60,000 nucleotides of DNA from Felis catus (Eukaryota): the NCBI RefSeq assembly GCF_018350175.1, contig NC_058383.1:6388001-6448000 (forward strand), read 5' to 3'. Of this stretch, positions 1 to 12,881 are shown piece by piece. How positions within the stretch are numbered: the first letter of the stretch is position 1; every line of letters starts with the position of its first letter. A program made the position numbers and the translations under genes. A model generated the notes under the pieces. That model did no database searches. It saw only the letters and a program-made list of their open reading frames with translations, and was not told the DNA's origin.

Positions 1-54
1 TAGGCATTTGTTGTGTGGCTTGGATATCAGCTGTCACGGTTTTTTTCCCCAATT

Positions 55-890
55 TTTTTTTATTGTGGCAAAATATACATAATATAAAATTTACCACCTT
101 AACCACCTTTAATTGTAAAGTCAATGGTATTAGATACATTCATAATGTTGTGCTCCACCACCATCATCCATCTCCAGAACTCATTTCATCTGGTAAAACA
201 AATTCTGTATCCATTCAACAACTCCCTATTCTCCCTGTTTTCCAGCCCCTGAGCATCACCATTTGACTTTCTGTCTCAGGGAATTGGACAATTCTAGAGA
301 GACTTCACATAAGTGGAATCATACGATATTTATCTTTTTGGCCTGTTTCACTTCACATAATATCCTTAAGATTAATCCACATTGTAGCGTGCCAGAATCT
401 TCTCCCTTTTCAAGGCTGAATAATATTCCATGGCATGGAGAGACCACACTTTGCTTATCCATTCATCTGTCGATAAACATCTGGGTAGCTTCCGTGTTTT
501 AGCTATCGTGAATAATGCTGCTTTGGACACAGGTATACAAATATCGATCTTCAAGACCCTGCTTTCGATTCTTTTGGGTAGATACCCAAAATGGAATTGC
601 TAGATCGTATGGCAATTCTAATTTTATTTTTTGAAGACTCACCATACTATTTTCCATAATGGCTACACCACTTGACATTCCCACCAGCAGTGCATGAGGG
701 TTCCAGTTTCTCTACATCCTCACCATCACTTGTTATTTTCTGGTTTTTGATAGTGGCCATCCTCATGGCTGTGAAGTGGTATCTCATTGTGGTTTTGATT
801 TGCATTTCCCTGATGGCTAATGATATTTATCACCTTTTCATGCGTTTGTTGGCCATTTGTAGGTCTTCTTTGGAAAAATGTCCATTATTG
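55..890 (-). mobile_element. L1 (L1M-type) 3' fragment
   Basis: Typical L1 3' sequence; decayed ORF2 C-terminal peptides (ALFTIAKTRKLPRCLSTDEWISKVW; LKIELPYD-like). Confidence 0.85.
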
Positions 891-2936
891 AATCAGGTTG
901 TTTGGCAAAGAACTTTTAAAGGTCAAAAAGGTATTTTCCCTGCATTTTGTGGCTCACCTCTGGTAGTGGAGACCATCACATAAGCAAATAATGTATGAAT
1001 GAGGCAGAAGAAAGTCTTCCCTTTCTTGTGGAAACCAATATGCTGTTGGTATCAGTAGACTAGGGCAAGGGTTTGGCTGCTTCACCTGGATGGATGTGGA
1101 AGGAGACTTGCTTGTTGAGTGTTTTTGCCATATACCTTAAGCAGCAAGTTTCTAAAGAGTTTCAAAAATTCACAGTGATTAATTCAGGAGCATCACCAGT
1201 TTAAATTTTATACCCAGGATGTATGATTGGCAACTTTATTTCTCATAAGGCATCCCTAATCCTTAGCTTTTCGAAGGACTCAAGCAGCTTTCTCAACAAG
1301 CCACATCTATTTCTGCTGTGAGTTTTCATCTTAGGTTGTCACTTAGAGGTATAATCAATTTAGACATTGTTGTTTGCTCAGCGAGCAAAGTCTGTGATGT
1401 CTTAACTAAGCACAGGACAGGGCTGCCAAGCCTCTCTCTAATAAGTGAGAGTCTTTGGAATCAAATGGGAATACAGTTTTATTCTAAGGAAAGCACTAGC
1501 AGCAAAGGAGAAAAACTGTACTTACTACGGTTGCATTTGTGAATTATGGTTGGATTCTCATCTCACTGATGAAGATTAAGAGGCTTGTTATGGGATGTAT
1601 CTAACAACATTGGGATATTGTTATCCCAAATAAACTATATTGCATCTGAATGGAATATTTTGATAATAATGGGCTGTTCTTAGGAGGAGAATGCTTCCCA
1701 TGGAAAAAGGGTAGAGCTAAGTATCATTAGAGATGTTTAATGGAACATATCAGTTAATGCCTCCTTCCCCTAAAGGAGTTTCCATGCTCTGAATGCAATC
1801 CTTTGCAGAATAATTCCTATGTAAGCAGGAGGGAAAATGGGGTTTGGGGGATTGGTGCCAACAATCAATGACTTAGGAAAGCTGTGAATGTTCCAGTGCC
1901 TGAAATACAGCAACGGGGTAGCACTAGGTTGTTTCGCCAAAGAGCCATTTCTCTTCTTGTTGGGAAGAATTGGCCTGCAAGTTCAAAAGACAGAGTTGCC
2001 AACTTGACCTTAGGGTCAGTCAGATTAGAACATCCTGGGGTTTTGACAGAAGAGTACCTGTAGTTAGGAAGCCAGATTTATGGCTGTGGGCAAAGAGAAA
2101 GCAAGCCTGTATCTAGAGCACACCAGCTTATTAGGGTAGGTATATTCCTTGGAAATCCTTCTAGAGAAGTCCCATAAAGTCACTTTCAAGCCTCCCATAT
2201 CTGCATCTGTGTCTTTACCTTTCCACCAGGGATGGTGGAGGGTCCTAAACAAGCAAACAAACAAAATCACTTTCGAACCTCCTTTGGATTCTAATATCTT
2301 GATCACCCAAACGTTACTTTCCCTACCTTTCCTTAAGACTAGAGACATACCACAATTTAACAGTTATTAGAGTTTCCTTTCCTCAAAATGCACAGAGAAC
2401 TAAGAACCCAAGGCATATAAGAACCAGGATAAACCCAGAGCGATTAATTCCCTAGCAATCCCCACATTCGGGATACAACTGGGAGTGAATCTGGCTTCAG
2501 CAGAGTGGTCTTAAAATACTCTCCTATTTGCTGGTTATGTGATCATGGGTGAGTCTGTCTCTGAACTTCAATTTCTTCATCTACAGAATAGATATAATCC
2601 CAACATCATGCTGTTTTTATAAGAATTACTGGTATGGGAGATGTTATCTGTGAAAACCCTTGGTGAAAGTATCATTTAAATAATTGTTCTTAATCTAGGG
2701 GTATTTGTTTCTAAGCCTGCAGGCTTCCAGAGAAGGACTTTGGTTTCCTTCATAAATTTACTCACCTGAATGTGTAGGTAGTAACCACACTTTATAAATA
2801 ATAAAAGTTCCCATAGTTTTGATAATTGTCAAATGTTATGATTCTCCCACTTGCCCTGCACGCCCCCCCCCCCCGCCAAAAAAAACACTTAAAAGGTTTT
2901 CTAAACAATCACATTTTTTAAAGACAAGCAAATCAT

Positions 2937-3141
2937 GGGGTGCCTGGGTGGCTCAGTCCATTGAGCATCCAACTTCACCTCAGGTCATGATCTCACAGTT
3001 TGTGAGTTCGAGCCCCGCATCAGGCTCTGTACTGACGGCTCGGAGCCTGGAGTCTGTTTCAGATTTTGTGTGTCCCTCTCTCTCTGCCCCTCCCCTGCTC
3101 ACTATCTCTGTTTCAAAAATAAATAAACATTAAAAAAAATC
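2937..3141 (+). mobile_element. Can-SINE (SINEC_Fc type)
   Basis: tRNA-derived head GGGGTGCCTGGGTGGCTCAG, CT region, A tail; TSD AAAGACAAGCAAATCA. Confidence 0.93.
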
Positions 3142-3552
3142 AAAGACAAGCAAATCAGAGATATGGAGTCTTTTCCCATTTATAATTCACCCAAACCCAG
3201 TGAAAGGGTGTTTACTTTGGAGAAGAGAAACTCACACGCTGAAACGCCTTTTTATTACTGGTAACTCCCAAGTCATTTCTCTGACTTTCATTGTATGGAA
3301 TTATGCTTCAGGAATTTAGGACCCAAATTCATATTCATGCAGCACACCTTGAGAATACACAATTCTAATGTCTTCAAGGTTTTTTATTTTTAATTATTAT
3401 TAAAACCCTAGCAATGACACAATTGGGACTCTCCCTCTCCTCTAGCCAGAGGTTAGCAGTTTGATGAATAGTCTCCCAGAATGTTTTTTCTACACATATA
3501 CTACCAGATATGTAATATTCTTACAAATAATATATATACACTGGTATTTCTT

Positions 3553-3736
3553 ACTTACTTACTTATTTATGGGGGGGGGGGCAGGGTCAGGGAGGGGAGG
3601 GGCAGAGAGAGCCCAAGCAGGCTCTGCACTGTCAATACAGAGCTCCACGTAGGGCTTGAACTCACGAACCATGACATCATGACCTGAGCAGAAATCAGAG
3701 TTGGACACTTAACCAACTGAGCCACCCAGGTTCCCC
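3553..3736 (-). mobile_element. Can-SINE
   Basis: Reverse-oriented SINE; TSD TACACTGGTATTTCTT. Confidence 0.9.
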
Positions 3737-4149
3737 TACACTGGTATTTCTTGATTTACAAAATTAAGACATTATCAGGCTCCCCATTGTGGAAGATAAG
3801 GAGTTCCCTTCTCCTGCCTCCATTTTTGTACATGCTTTGTATTTTTACTTCTTCCATTCGTACTTAAAAATTTGGGGGGGGGCTCGCGTTTGCTCTTTTA
3901 TCAGCCCATGTGTAACGCATGATCCCCACCATGTTTAGGTAAGGATATTGGTGCCTGTACCTTCTGTTCCACTTGTCCCACCTTCATATCTGTCAGCTGA
4001 ACCCTGACAATGTCAAGGACGACAACATTCATATTCTCTTCTGCAGGCAGAGTTGACTTCCCCGTTTTGTCTGTTGGTTCCATGAGTTGACTATTTCAGA
4101 ATCAAGATTAAAATCACACCACATTTTTGTTTGCTTCCTGTTTGGCCTT

Positions 4150-6529
4150 GAGTTTCTTATGTAATTTTTTTACCTGTTATTTCTAATTGTCTTATTTTCT
4201 TCTTATTGATGGAATGGACATGTTTTCTTCAAGTCATGAACATGATCTGGCTTCTTAATCATTCTATTACTTAGATCTATTTCATTTCTCTTGTTGAAAA
4301 CATTCTACCTGGAGCTGCCTTTCTGTTCTAATATGGAACAAACAGCTTTCTAGCTTCACTGTACAACTGTTATCCTGAGATTGCATTTCAATGGACTTCC
4401 TCATTGGTTGCATTATTTCTTGTATCTTATGTTTTTCTTTTTGGTAATGGGGGCGGTAAGATGGTTTTCATCCTTTTTTGATGGTGTACATTCTCAAGTA
4501 GCTTACTTAGAAAGTACTTGAAAGGTAATCCTCCTGAGTTTATATCTGAAAATACCATTATGCCTTATATGAATATAGAATTCTCATTTGTAAGTAATTG
4601 TCCCTCAGAACTTTCAAGGCATTGTTCCATTATATTCTACACTTTGGTGTCCCCAGAGAGAAATCTGATGTTAGTCTGATTCTCATTCTTTTGTACATAA
4701 TATTTCTCTCTGGAAATTGTTTGGATCTACTATTTTATTCTTGGTAGTCTGAAATTTCACAACACTGAATATAGATATTTATCTTTTTCTCATTCGACTT
4801 GGCATTCAGTTAGTCCTTCAACCTTGAGATTCCTTCAATTCTGATAAATTTTCTTTTATGATTTCTTTGATAATGTCTTTCCCTGTGTTTTCCCTCTCAC
4901 TTGTTTATTTTTTTGGAACTTCAGTTACTCTGATGGTGGTCCTCCTGAACTGATCCTCATTCTTCTCCCAACTTTTTCAACACTTTGTTCCTTTCTGGTC
5001 TGTAGTCTGGAATCTTTCCTTGCCTTTATCTTCAAACCCTTCCCATGAATTTTGTCCTGATAATTATTTAATCTCTGAGATTGTTCCTGTTTCATAGCTT
5101 CTTGCTCAATGGTTACAGTCCCTGTTTTCTCAAATCTGTTGAGAATATAGAGAGCAATTGCCGTACCTTCTCTGAGTTGTGTCTGTTTTTCCTGCAGACA
5201 GTTGTTTCATTCACTTAGGTGTTTCTATCTTGATGGTTTTCTTCTTGTGCCTGATCATGCATATTTAAGAATGGGAGCGTGGGTTAATTTTTCTGGACAA
5301 ATGGTTTGGATTTTTTGTATATACACATCTATGTGTTCCCATTAGGATTTTCCCATGAATAGATTAGCTGACCAGGTGTCCTACGGAGGTGATAAAAGGT
5401 TTCTTAACTGGCAGGTAAGGAGAAATGCATTGTGATTCTTGATCTTTTGTATATGACTTGTTTTTACTGTCTGGAAATTTGTAGGATCTTTTCTTTCACC
5501 AGAATTTTGAAATTTTACAGTGATGTGCTTTGGCACAGGTTAATTTTAATCTATTTTTCTGGGCTACTCATTGGAACCTTTAAATTTGGAAATGTTTACT
5601 TCTGCTTTGAGTTATTTGATAATTTGCTATCCTCTATTATTTTTTGTTCTGTACTTCTGAAATGCTTCTATTCAGATTTTGGATTGCCTAGACTTCAAGA
5701 TTCATATAACTTCATCTTTTCTAGATTTTTGTCATTTTTGCTCTGCTGCATAGGAGAGTTTCTCAACTTCATCTCCCAACCCTACTATTGAGTTGTTCAT
5801 TTCTACCATCATTTTTAATTTCCAAGAGTCCTTTTTGATCTTGGACTTTTTAATTTTTGGGAGAGCAAGTGAGCAGGGGGAGGAGCAGAGGAAGAAACCC
5901 AAGCAGACTCCACGCTGTCAACACAGAGCCTGACATGGGGCTCAGTCTCACCAACTGTGAGATCATGACCTGAGCTGAAATCAAGAGTCAAACACTTAAC
6001 TGAATGAGCCACCCAGGCACCCCTGATCTTGGCCTTTTAAAAACAGAATCTTATTTTTGCTTCATGGAAGCAGTATCGTATCTCTCAAGTATGCTAATAT
6101 TATTTTTTGTTCAATTTTCTTTCCCTTGCATGGCTTTTCTTTCAAACCCCCTGCCGGCACTATTTGTTTTTGTCTCTATTGTGTCAGAGATCTTCCTAAA
6201 TATCTGTGGTTCTTGATCTATTTAAGAGTGAGATACTAAAAAGCTGATCAGAAGTGCTGAGACCTTGGGGTAATCTAGCTGGCTTGTTTCCTTGTGGAAC
6301 TCACAGTGTCAGTGTCTTTAGGTTTTCCCTCTAGGGATGGTCGTCATATTTCCCAGAGAAAGATCTTCTAGGCTTCTGCCTAGAGGATATACACCTGTCT
6401 GATAGCATTCCATTTACCCAATGGGATGTGGGGATAAGTGGGGACTCACCATTCCCTATGCAATTTACTTAATCCCCCTGTATTCATCATGAATCTGTTT
6501 TTAACCTTGCCCAATATATTCTAGTACAG

Positions 6530-6564
<35 letters not shown>

Positions 6565-6600
6565 TAATTGAGAAAACAAACTTCCAGTTTACTCCCAGGA
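4150..6600 (-). mobile_element. Ancient L1 (L1M/L1ME-like) fragments, interrupted by a Can-SINE at about 5845-6023
   Basis: T-rich degenerate L1-like motifs (tatagaattct, gaaatctgatgttagtctgattc); boundaries approximate. Confidence 0.55.
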
Positions 6601-6668
6601 TGGGGAAGGGTTAGATGATCAGCTTTGTGGAGTGAGAGAATATAATGGCTTTTAAAACATTTTTTTTC

Positions 6669-6888
6669 GGGGCGCCTGGGTGGTGCAGTCGGTTAAGCGT
6701 CCGACTTCAGCCAGGTCACGATCTCGCGGTCCGGGAGTTCGAGCCCCGCGTCGGGCTCTGGGCTGATGGCTCAGAGCCTGGAGCCTGTTTCCGATTCTGT
6801 GTCTCCCTCTCTCTCTGCCCCTCCCCCGTTCATGCTCTGTCTCTCTCTGTCCCAAAAATAAAATAAAAAAAACGTTGAAAAAAAAAAA
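6669..6888 (+). mobile_element. Young SINEC_Fc, inserted in the tail of an older reverse SINE (about 6890-7064)
   Basis: Near-consensus, CpG-intact copy; TSD AAAACATTTTTTTT. Confidence 0.95.
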
Positions 6889-7284
6889 CATTTTTTTTAT
6901 TGTACGGAATGAGAGCATGCACAAGTGGAGAAGGGGGGCAGGGGGAGGGAGAGTCTTAAGCAGGCTCCACACTCAGCACAGAGCCCAATCCCACGACCTT
7001 GAGATCATGACCTGAACCAAAATCAAGAGTCAGATACTCAACCGACTGAGCAACCCAGGCACCCCTATAATAGCTTTTAAAAAAATTTATTGGGAAATTC
7101 CTATATTCACAGGAAAAAAAAACAGAATGGCATAATAATCACCAACCCCACCTGCCATTACCACGTTGCCAGTTCTACCCCATTTATTTCTCTCTTCCAC
7201 TTCCCTCATTTCATATTACTTTGAAACAAATTTTGAACATAAGTCCATCTATAATCATTCAGTACAGATCTTGAAATTTAAGGA

Positions 7285-7866
7285 CTTTTAAAAAATATTT
7301 TTGAGAGAGAGAGCATGAACAGGGGAGGGGGAAACAGTGAGAGGGACACACAGAATCTAAAGCAGGCTCCAGGCTCCAAGGTGTCAGCACAGAGCCCAAC
7401 ACAGGGCTGAAACCCACAAGCCATGAGATCATGACCTGAGCTGAAGTCGGACGCTCAACCGACTGAGCCACCCAGGTGTCCCCAAAATTAAGGACTTTTT
7501 AATATAACCTTAAACATGATTAAACCTGAAAAAATGAACACTTCTTTAATATCAAAAATAACACTTCTTTAATGTTAAAGTTTCCAATTGTCTCATAAAC
7601 GTCATGTGTTTTATTTATTCTTACATTCATTTGTTGCAATAATAGAACTAATATCCACACATTCTGGCTGGTCAATATTTTTTAAGTTTGTTTATTTTTA
7701 GAAAGAGAAAATGATGGAGGGACAAAGAGGGAGAGAGAATTCCAAGCAGTTTCCACACTGTCAGAACACAGCCTGACATGGGACTGAAACCCACAAACCA
7801 CAAGATGATGACCTGAGCCAAAACCAAGAGTCAGACGCTCAGCTGACTGTGCCACCCAGGCACCCC
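7285..7866 (-). mobile_element. Two Can-SINEs (about 7285-7483 and 7680-7866)
   Basis: Reverse SINE heads (gagccacccaggtgtcccc; gccacccaggcacccc). Confidence 0.88.
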
Positions 7867-8277
7867 ATAGTTAATAGTCTTTTAAGTCTGTATAAGTTTC
7901 CCTCATGTGCAATTTTTTCATTGGAATTTAGTCAATGAGGGGATACAGTTGTCTTCCAGAGTTTCTCAGACTGGATTTTGCTGATCGCATCTCTGAAGTG
8001 TAGTTTAACATTTTTCTCTGTCTTCTTCATTTTCTGTAAATTGGTAGTTGGATCTAGATATTTAACGGTTTCTTTCTACTGTTCTATCTTCAAGTTCACT
8101 AATTCTTTCCTGTCTGCTCTATTCTGCTGTTGAGCTCATCTAGTAAACTTCTCATTTCCATTATGTTTTAGTTCTAAAATTTCAATTTGGTTTTTCATCT
8201 CTTCTATTTCTTTGCTGAGACTTCACTGACCCTAGGCTATCATCTGAATGATGTCTTTTAAAATGTGAACACATGGT

Positions 8278-8840
8278 AGAGTGGCAGAATGGGGTAGTCA
8301 GCCTCCAAGGTGGCTCCCAATGATCCCTGTCTCCTACTCTTCATACCTTTGTGTAACTCCTCCCAAATTCTACCAGGGTGAGTCTGTGTAACCAATAGCA
8401 TATGGCAGAAATGACAATGTATCACTTCTGACATTAGGTTATAAAGGACTATGGCTTCAGTCTTGAGCACACTTTCTCTCCCACGCACACACTCTCAGAT
8501 CATTTGCTCTGGGAGAAGCAAGCTGTCCCATGGTCAGGAGATTTGGGTAGTCTGTGGAGAGGCCTATGTGATAGAGAACTAAAGTCTCTAGCCAATAGCC
8601 ATGGAACCTACTACCTATGACATAAGTGAATTTTGAAGCATGACCTCCCCCAGTTGAGCCTTCAGATGAAAATGCAGTTCTAACAGAAGCCTGAATGTAA
8701 TCTAATGAGACTTGGAGCCAGAACCACCAGCTAAGCTGTCTGCAGATACCTGGCCCACAAAAAAAAAAAAATGTGTATGGTAATAAAGTTTTTTTTAAGC
8801 TGTTAAGTTTGGGGGAATTTGGTATATAGCAGATAACAAT
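8278..8840 (+). mobile_element. MaLR LTR (MLT1E/F-like)
   Basis: Characteristic MLT1 motifs (cagcctccaaggtggctcccaatgatccc...; gagccttcagatga; taagctgttaagtttgggg...gcagataac). Confidence 0.75.
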
Positions 8841-9946
8841 GCATCAAGGTTTGTACCTGATTCCCTGATCTACCACTAATTAAACGACGCAAGACATCTT
8901 GCATTAAAAGATGAATAGCCTTGTGAGCTCCAGTGTCTTTCATTGGAGACCAATGACCATTTTTGCCCCACTTTTCAAGGTTGGTATGAGTTGCACATAA
9001 AATATACAAGAACATTATACAACCAGCAAACCCAACATATTTTGCAGATGAAAACTGGAAGCCCAAAGGAATGAAAAGAATTGACAGATGAAACATCAAG
9101 AAGCAGAGGAATTGCAGAATTTATCCAGGCTTCAACTATTTCAACAAAGAGCCAGGGAGCACCTGGCTGGCTCAGTTGGAAGAGCAGGTGACTCTTCATC
9201 TTGAAGTTGTGAGTTTGAATCCATGTGGGGTATAGAGATTAAATAAAAACTTAAAGAAAAAAAAAGCCAGAACTGGAACCCATGGCTCATGACTCCAGGT
9301 TCAGTTATTTTTGCTACTATACCTAAAATCTCATGTGCTATTATCATTAAACATGGTCACTCCACGTTTCAGCAAAATAGACAGCAGGTAAATTATAGAT
9401 TGTAGATGGTAGACCAAGAGAATTGCATTTTTTCTAACCATGACAAACTCGGCATAAATGCGAGAGAGTCAGAGTTGTTTCAATTCAGCTTTAATATCGT
9501 AAAGCTGACAAATGGTCAGTTAACTCCTCCTTTCTGTTGCCCTGCCAGTCACCCCAACACAGGAGTTCAGGCACATGGGCACCCAGCCAGAAGGTGACTA
9601 ACACCATCTCTTTGCACCCAAGCCATGTACAATAAGCACATAGCTCCTTTTCTTTTAAACCTCGCTGGACAAGTTGGTATCAGTATCTTTAAAATACAAA
9701 TGCTCCTTTGTTATGCAATTTTAGTAAAAAATAGTTGACTGGGAGGAGAGAAAAGAGGCTAGTAGTATTTTGAACCAACAAGGTTAGACCATTTGGGCAA
9801 CCACGACTCACCTCAACAGGGTTTCAAACTTTTTTTCATTAAAAAGTTTTCTCAAAATATTTTTGTAAACTACCTCACCTTCTGCCTTTCCCCCAACTTC
9901 AGTCTTCTGATAGGGGGGAAAAGTAGCATTTAAAAATGTTGAAAAA

Positions 9947-10166
9947 GGGGCGCCTGGGTGGCGCAGTCGGTTAAGCGTCCGACTTCAGCCAGGTCACGAT
10001 CTCGCGGTCTGTGAGTTCGAGCCCCGCGTCAGGCTCTGGGCTGATGGCTCAGAGCCTGGAGCCTGTTTCTGATTCTGTGTCTCCCTCTCTCTCTGCCCCT
10101 CCCCCGTTCATGCTCTGTCTCTCTCTGTCCCAAAAATAAATAAACGTTAAAAAAAAATTTTTTTTT
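9947..10166 (+). mobile_element. Young SINEC_Fc
   Basis: Near-consensus copy; TSD AATGTTGAAAAA. Short Can-SINEs are also present at about 9155-9265 and 10267-10360. Confidence 0.95.
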
Positions 10167-10429
10167 AATGTTGAAAAAGAAGCTGATCTCAATCAGATTA
10201 AAAAAATAGGTATATGTGGACTCAAACTGGCAGGGAAAACACAAGCATAAAAACAGTTGTGTTGATGGGGCACCTGGCTGGCTCTGTCAGTAAAGCATAG
10301 GACCCTTGACCTCAGGGTCTTGAGTTCAAACTCTACATTGAGCATTGAGAATAAAAATAATTAATCAATCCAAAATAGTTGTGTTGGAATGGTAGGATCA
10401 TTTTTCCATTCTTAGTTTTGTTTTTAATT

Positions 10430-10580
10430 AAAATATATATTTATATACAATATAGAACTATATGTATATAGAACTATATATATTTATATATAAAATAGAA
10501 CTATATATATGTTTATATATGATATAGAATTATATATATAGAACTATATAGTAATGTTTTATATACAATTTAGGTTATAT
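10430..10580. repeat. AT-rich low-complexity repeat (degenerate TATATAGAAC units)
   Basis: Repeated tatagaacta/tatata units. Confidence 0.85.
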
Positions 10581-10800
10581 TTTTTTTTAATTTTTTTTCA
10601 ATGTTTATTTATTTTTGAGACAGAGAGAGACAGAGCATGAATGGGGGAGGGTCAGAGAGAGGGAGACACAGAATCCAAAACAGGCTCCAGGCTCCGAGCT
10701 GTCAGCACAGAGCCTGACGCAGGGCTTGAACTTACAGACCGGGAGATCATGACCTGAGCCGAAGTCAGCCGCTTAACTGACTGAGCCACCCAGGCGCCCC
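10580..10800 (-). mobile_element. Can-SINE
   Basis: Reverse SINE; TSD similar to TAG(G/A)TTATATTTTT. Confidence 0.92.
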
Positions 10801-11454
10801 TAGATTATATTTTTTACACTGTATTTTTTAACTTAAAATTCAAATTTTATACAATGTCTTAACAGAATGGGATTTAATAAATCTTTTGGACTTAAATAAT
10901 AACTAGTTATGGTTTAGTTTTTCACCCTATGTGTATCTTTAAAGATTCTTAAGTTGCAAGCAACCCAAACTAACTCTGGCTACTTAAACAAAAAAGAGAA
11001 CCTATTCTAAAGAGTATGGGAGAGCAGAGAGGACTACAAAGAAGCCTTGGAGAAGCAGGAAGCAGGTAACCACAGAAAAATGTCCATTCCACTGAGCATA
11101 AGGCCCTGCCACTGGAGTGAGTGAATGCTCTCCAACTATTTGTTTCTTCTGTGCTCAATCCCTAGGTCTAAGATTCAGAGTCCTTGGCCAGAGATGTGCC
11201 AAGCTAGGATGGCCTGAGCTGATGAATGAAAGAGGGAGTTGAAACGGAGTCTCTTGGGTCCACTTCCACATGGGAAAGCAAAATACCAAAGATCTCATCC
11301 CACCAACATAGCCCTCAGCAGCGGGCATAGTCACCTCAAAAGTTGATGAGGATGCTCATTGGAAGATCTAATGTCCACTAAATCGTAGCTTTGTTCTCAC
11401 CACTAAAGGAGACATTTGTGAGAACATGAATGGTCTCTCAAGAGTATTTCTTTA

Positions 11455-11675
11455 AGGTTTTTTTTTTTTAAAGCTTATTTATTTATTGAGATCCTGGAGG
11501 GGGGGTGAGGCATAGAGGGAGGGAGAGAGAGAATCCTAAGCAGGCTCCATGCTGTCAGCACAGAGCCTGACACAGGGTTTGATACAGAAACTGTGGAATC
11601 ATGATCTGAGCCAAAATCAAGAGTCAAATTCTTAACCAACTGAGCCACCCAGGCACCCCTATTTTTTTTTTTAAT

Positions 11676-11726
<51 letters not shown>

Positions 11727-11783
11727 TGTGAACGAGAGGGAGAGGGAGAGGGAGAGGGAGAGGGAGAGGGAGAGGGAGAGGGA

Positions 11784-11832
<49 letters not shown>

Positions 11833-12165
11833 TCCCAAGCAGGCTCTGCACTATCTGTGCAGAGCCCAATGCGGGGCTTTATCCCATGTCATGACCTGAG
11901 CCGAAATCAAGAGTTAGATGCTTAACTGACTGAACCACCCAGATACCTCCCAGCAGTATTTAAAATTTTTTTTAATATTTATTTATTTTGAGACAGAGCA
12001 TGAACAGGGGAGGGTCAGAGAGAGAGGGAGACACAGAACCCGAAGCAGGCTCCAGGTTCTGAGCTGTCAGCACAGAGCCCGACGCAGAGCTCGAACTCAT
12101 GGACTGTGAGATCATGACCTGAGCTGAAGTCGGACGCTCAACTGACTGAGCCACCCAGGTGCCCC
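11455..12165 (-). mobile_element. Cluster of three same-orientation Can-SINEs; the middle one has an expanded (GA)n/(GGGAGA)n tract at 11680-11825
   Basis: Three reverse heads at about 11660, 11950 and 12165. Confidence 0.9.
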
Positions 12166-12691
12166 AGCCCCCAGCAGTATTTTAGATGGACACCCACACA
12201 TCTTTCCTCCTCACTTATCAAGGACGCGTGAAGACATGCTTTGGGCATGACTTTTTGGTGTGATGCTTCAGACCACAATAGAATTTGATCCCATCTCTAC
12301 ACTCAAATAATATAAATCAAGTCCAATCCTCAGAGCATATCCCACACCCATCACAACACTACCTAGTATTGTGGTCCTAGGTCCTTCCCAGCCCATTCTA
12401 CTCTCCTTATGACCATCACCCACACAGCTTTCCCTGAAGAATGTTCTGTACTAACAGGCATTCCATGAAAAGAGAAGGGGAAAGAAATACGAATTACTGG
12501 TTAAATCAAGTCTACAAGCCAAAGTTTGTCTTAAATAGCTATAGACCATTTTACTGTTTTTAGTGTCTTCCTTTAAGATCCTTAAAGGTAACCGCTAAAC
12601 CACACATTCTTAGGAGATGAATTCCACATGGCTTTAAGATGCAATTGTTTTAACGGCGTTTTTGATAGAAGGAGGTGAATGTGTCGAAACT

Positions 12692-12697
12692 TTTATT
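12692..12697 (-). terminator. KPNA7 polyadenylation signal AATAAA
   Basis: TTTATT on the + strand, 70 nt beyond the stop codon. Confidence 0.8.
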
Positions 12698-12767
12698 AAC
12701 ATTCAGTTTAAAAAGCTTTACACCTGCGGCATGCCAAGATCTAGAAGGTTCTTAAAGAAGTTACCCA

Positions 12768-12881
12768 TTAGGGTGTGGTCCTTGGTTTAGAAGTCGTGGG
12801 GCCTTGGTAATTTTTTGTTAAGTGGTTTAAGTATTCACAATCTTGGTCCAGGGCTGGTAATATTGTGCCATTTTCTTCTCC
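12768..12881 (-). CDS. KPNA7: KPNA7 terminal coding exon ([37 protein letters not shown])
   Basis: Acceptor tctcttcttccctgaag, acidic DQDCEY segment resembling the human DQDYEF as recalled, TAA at 12770-12768, AATAAA about 70 nt downstream. Confidence 0.85.
   Translation of the reverse strand, partial: GEENGTILPALDQDCEYLNHLTKNYQGPTTSKPRTTP

Noticed and set aside
6645..6972. Recurrent ORFs such as [16 protein letters not shown] and [21 protein letters not shown] that look like a gene family
   Set aside because: All are reading frames of Can-SINE copies.
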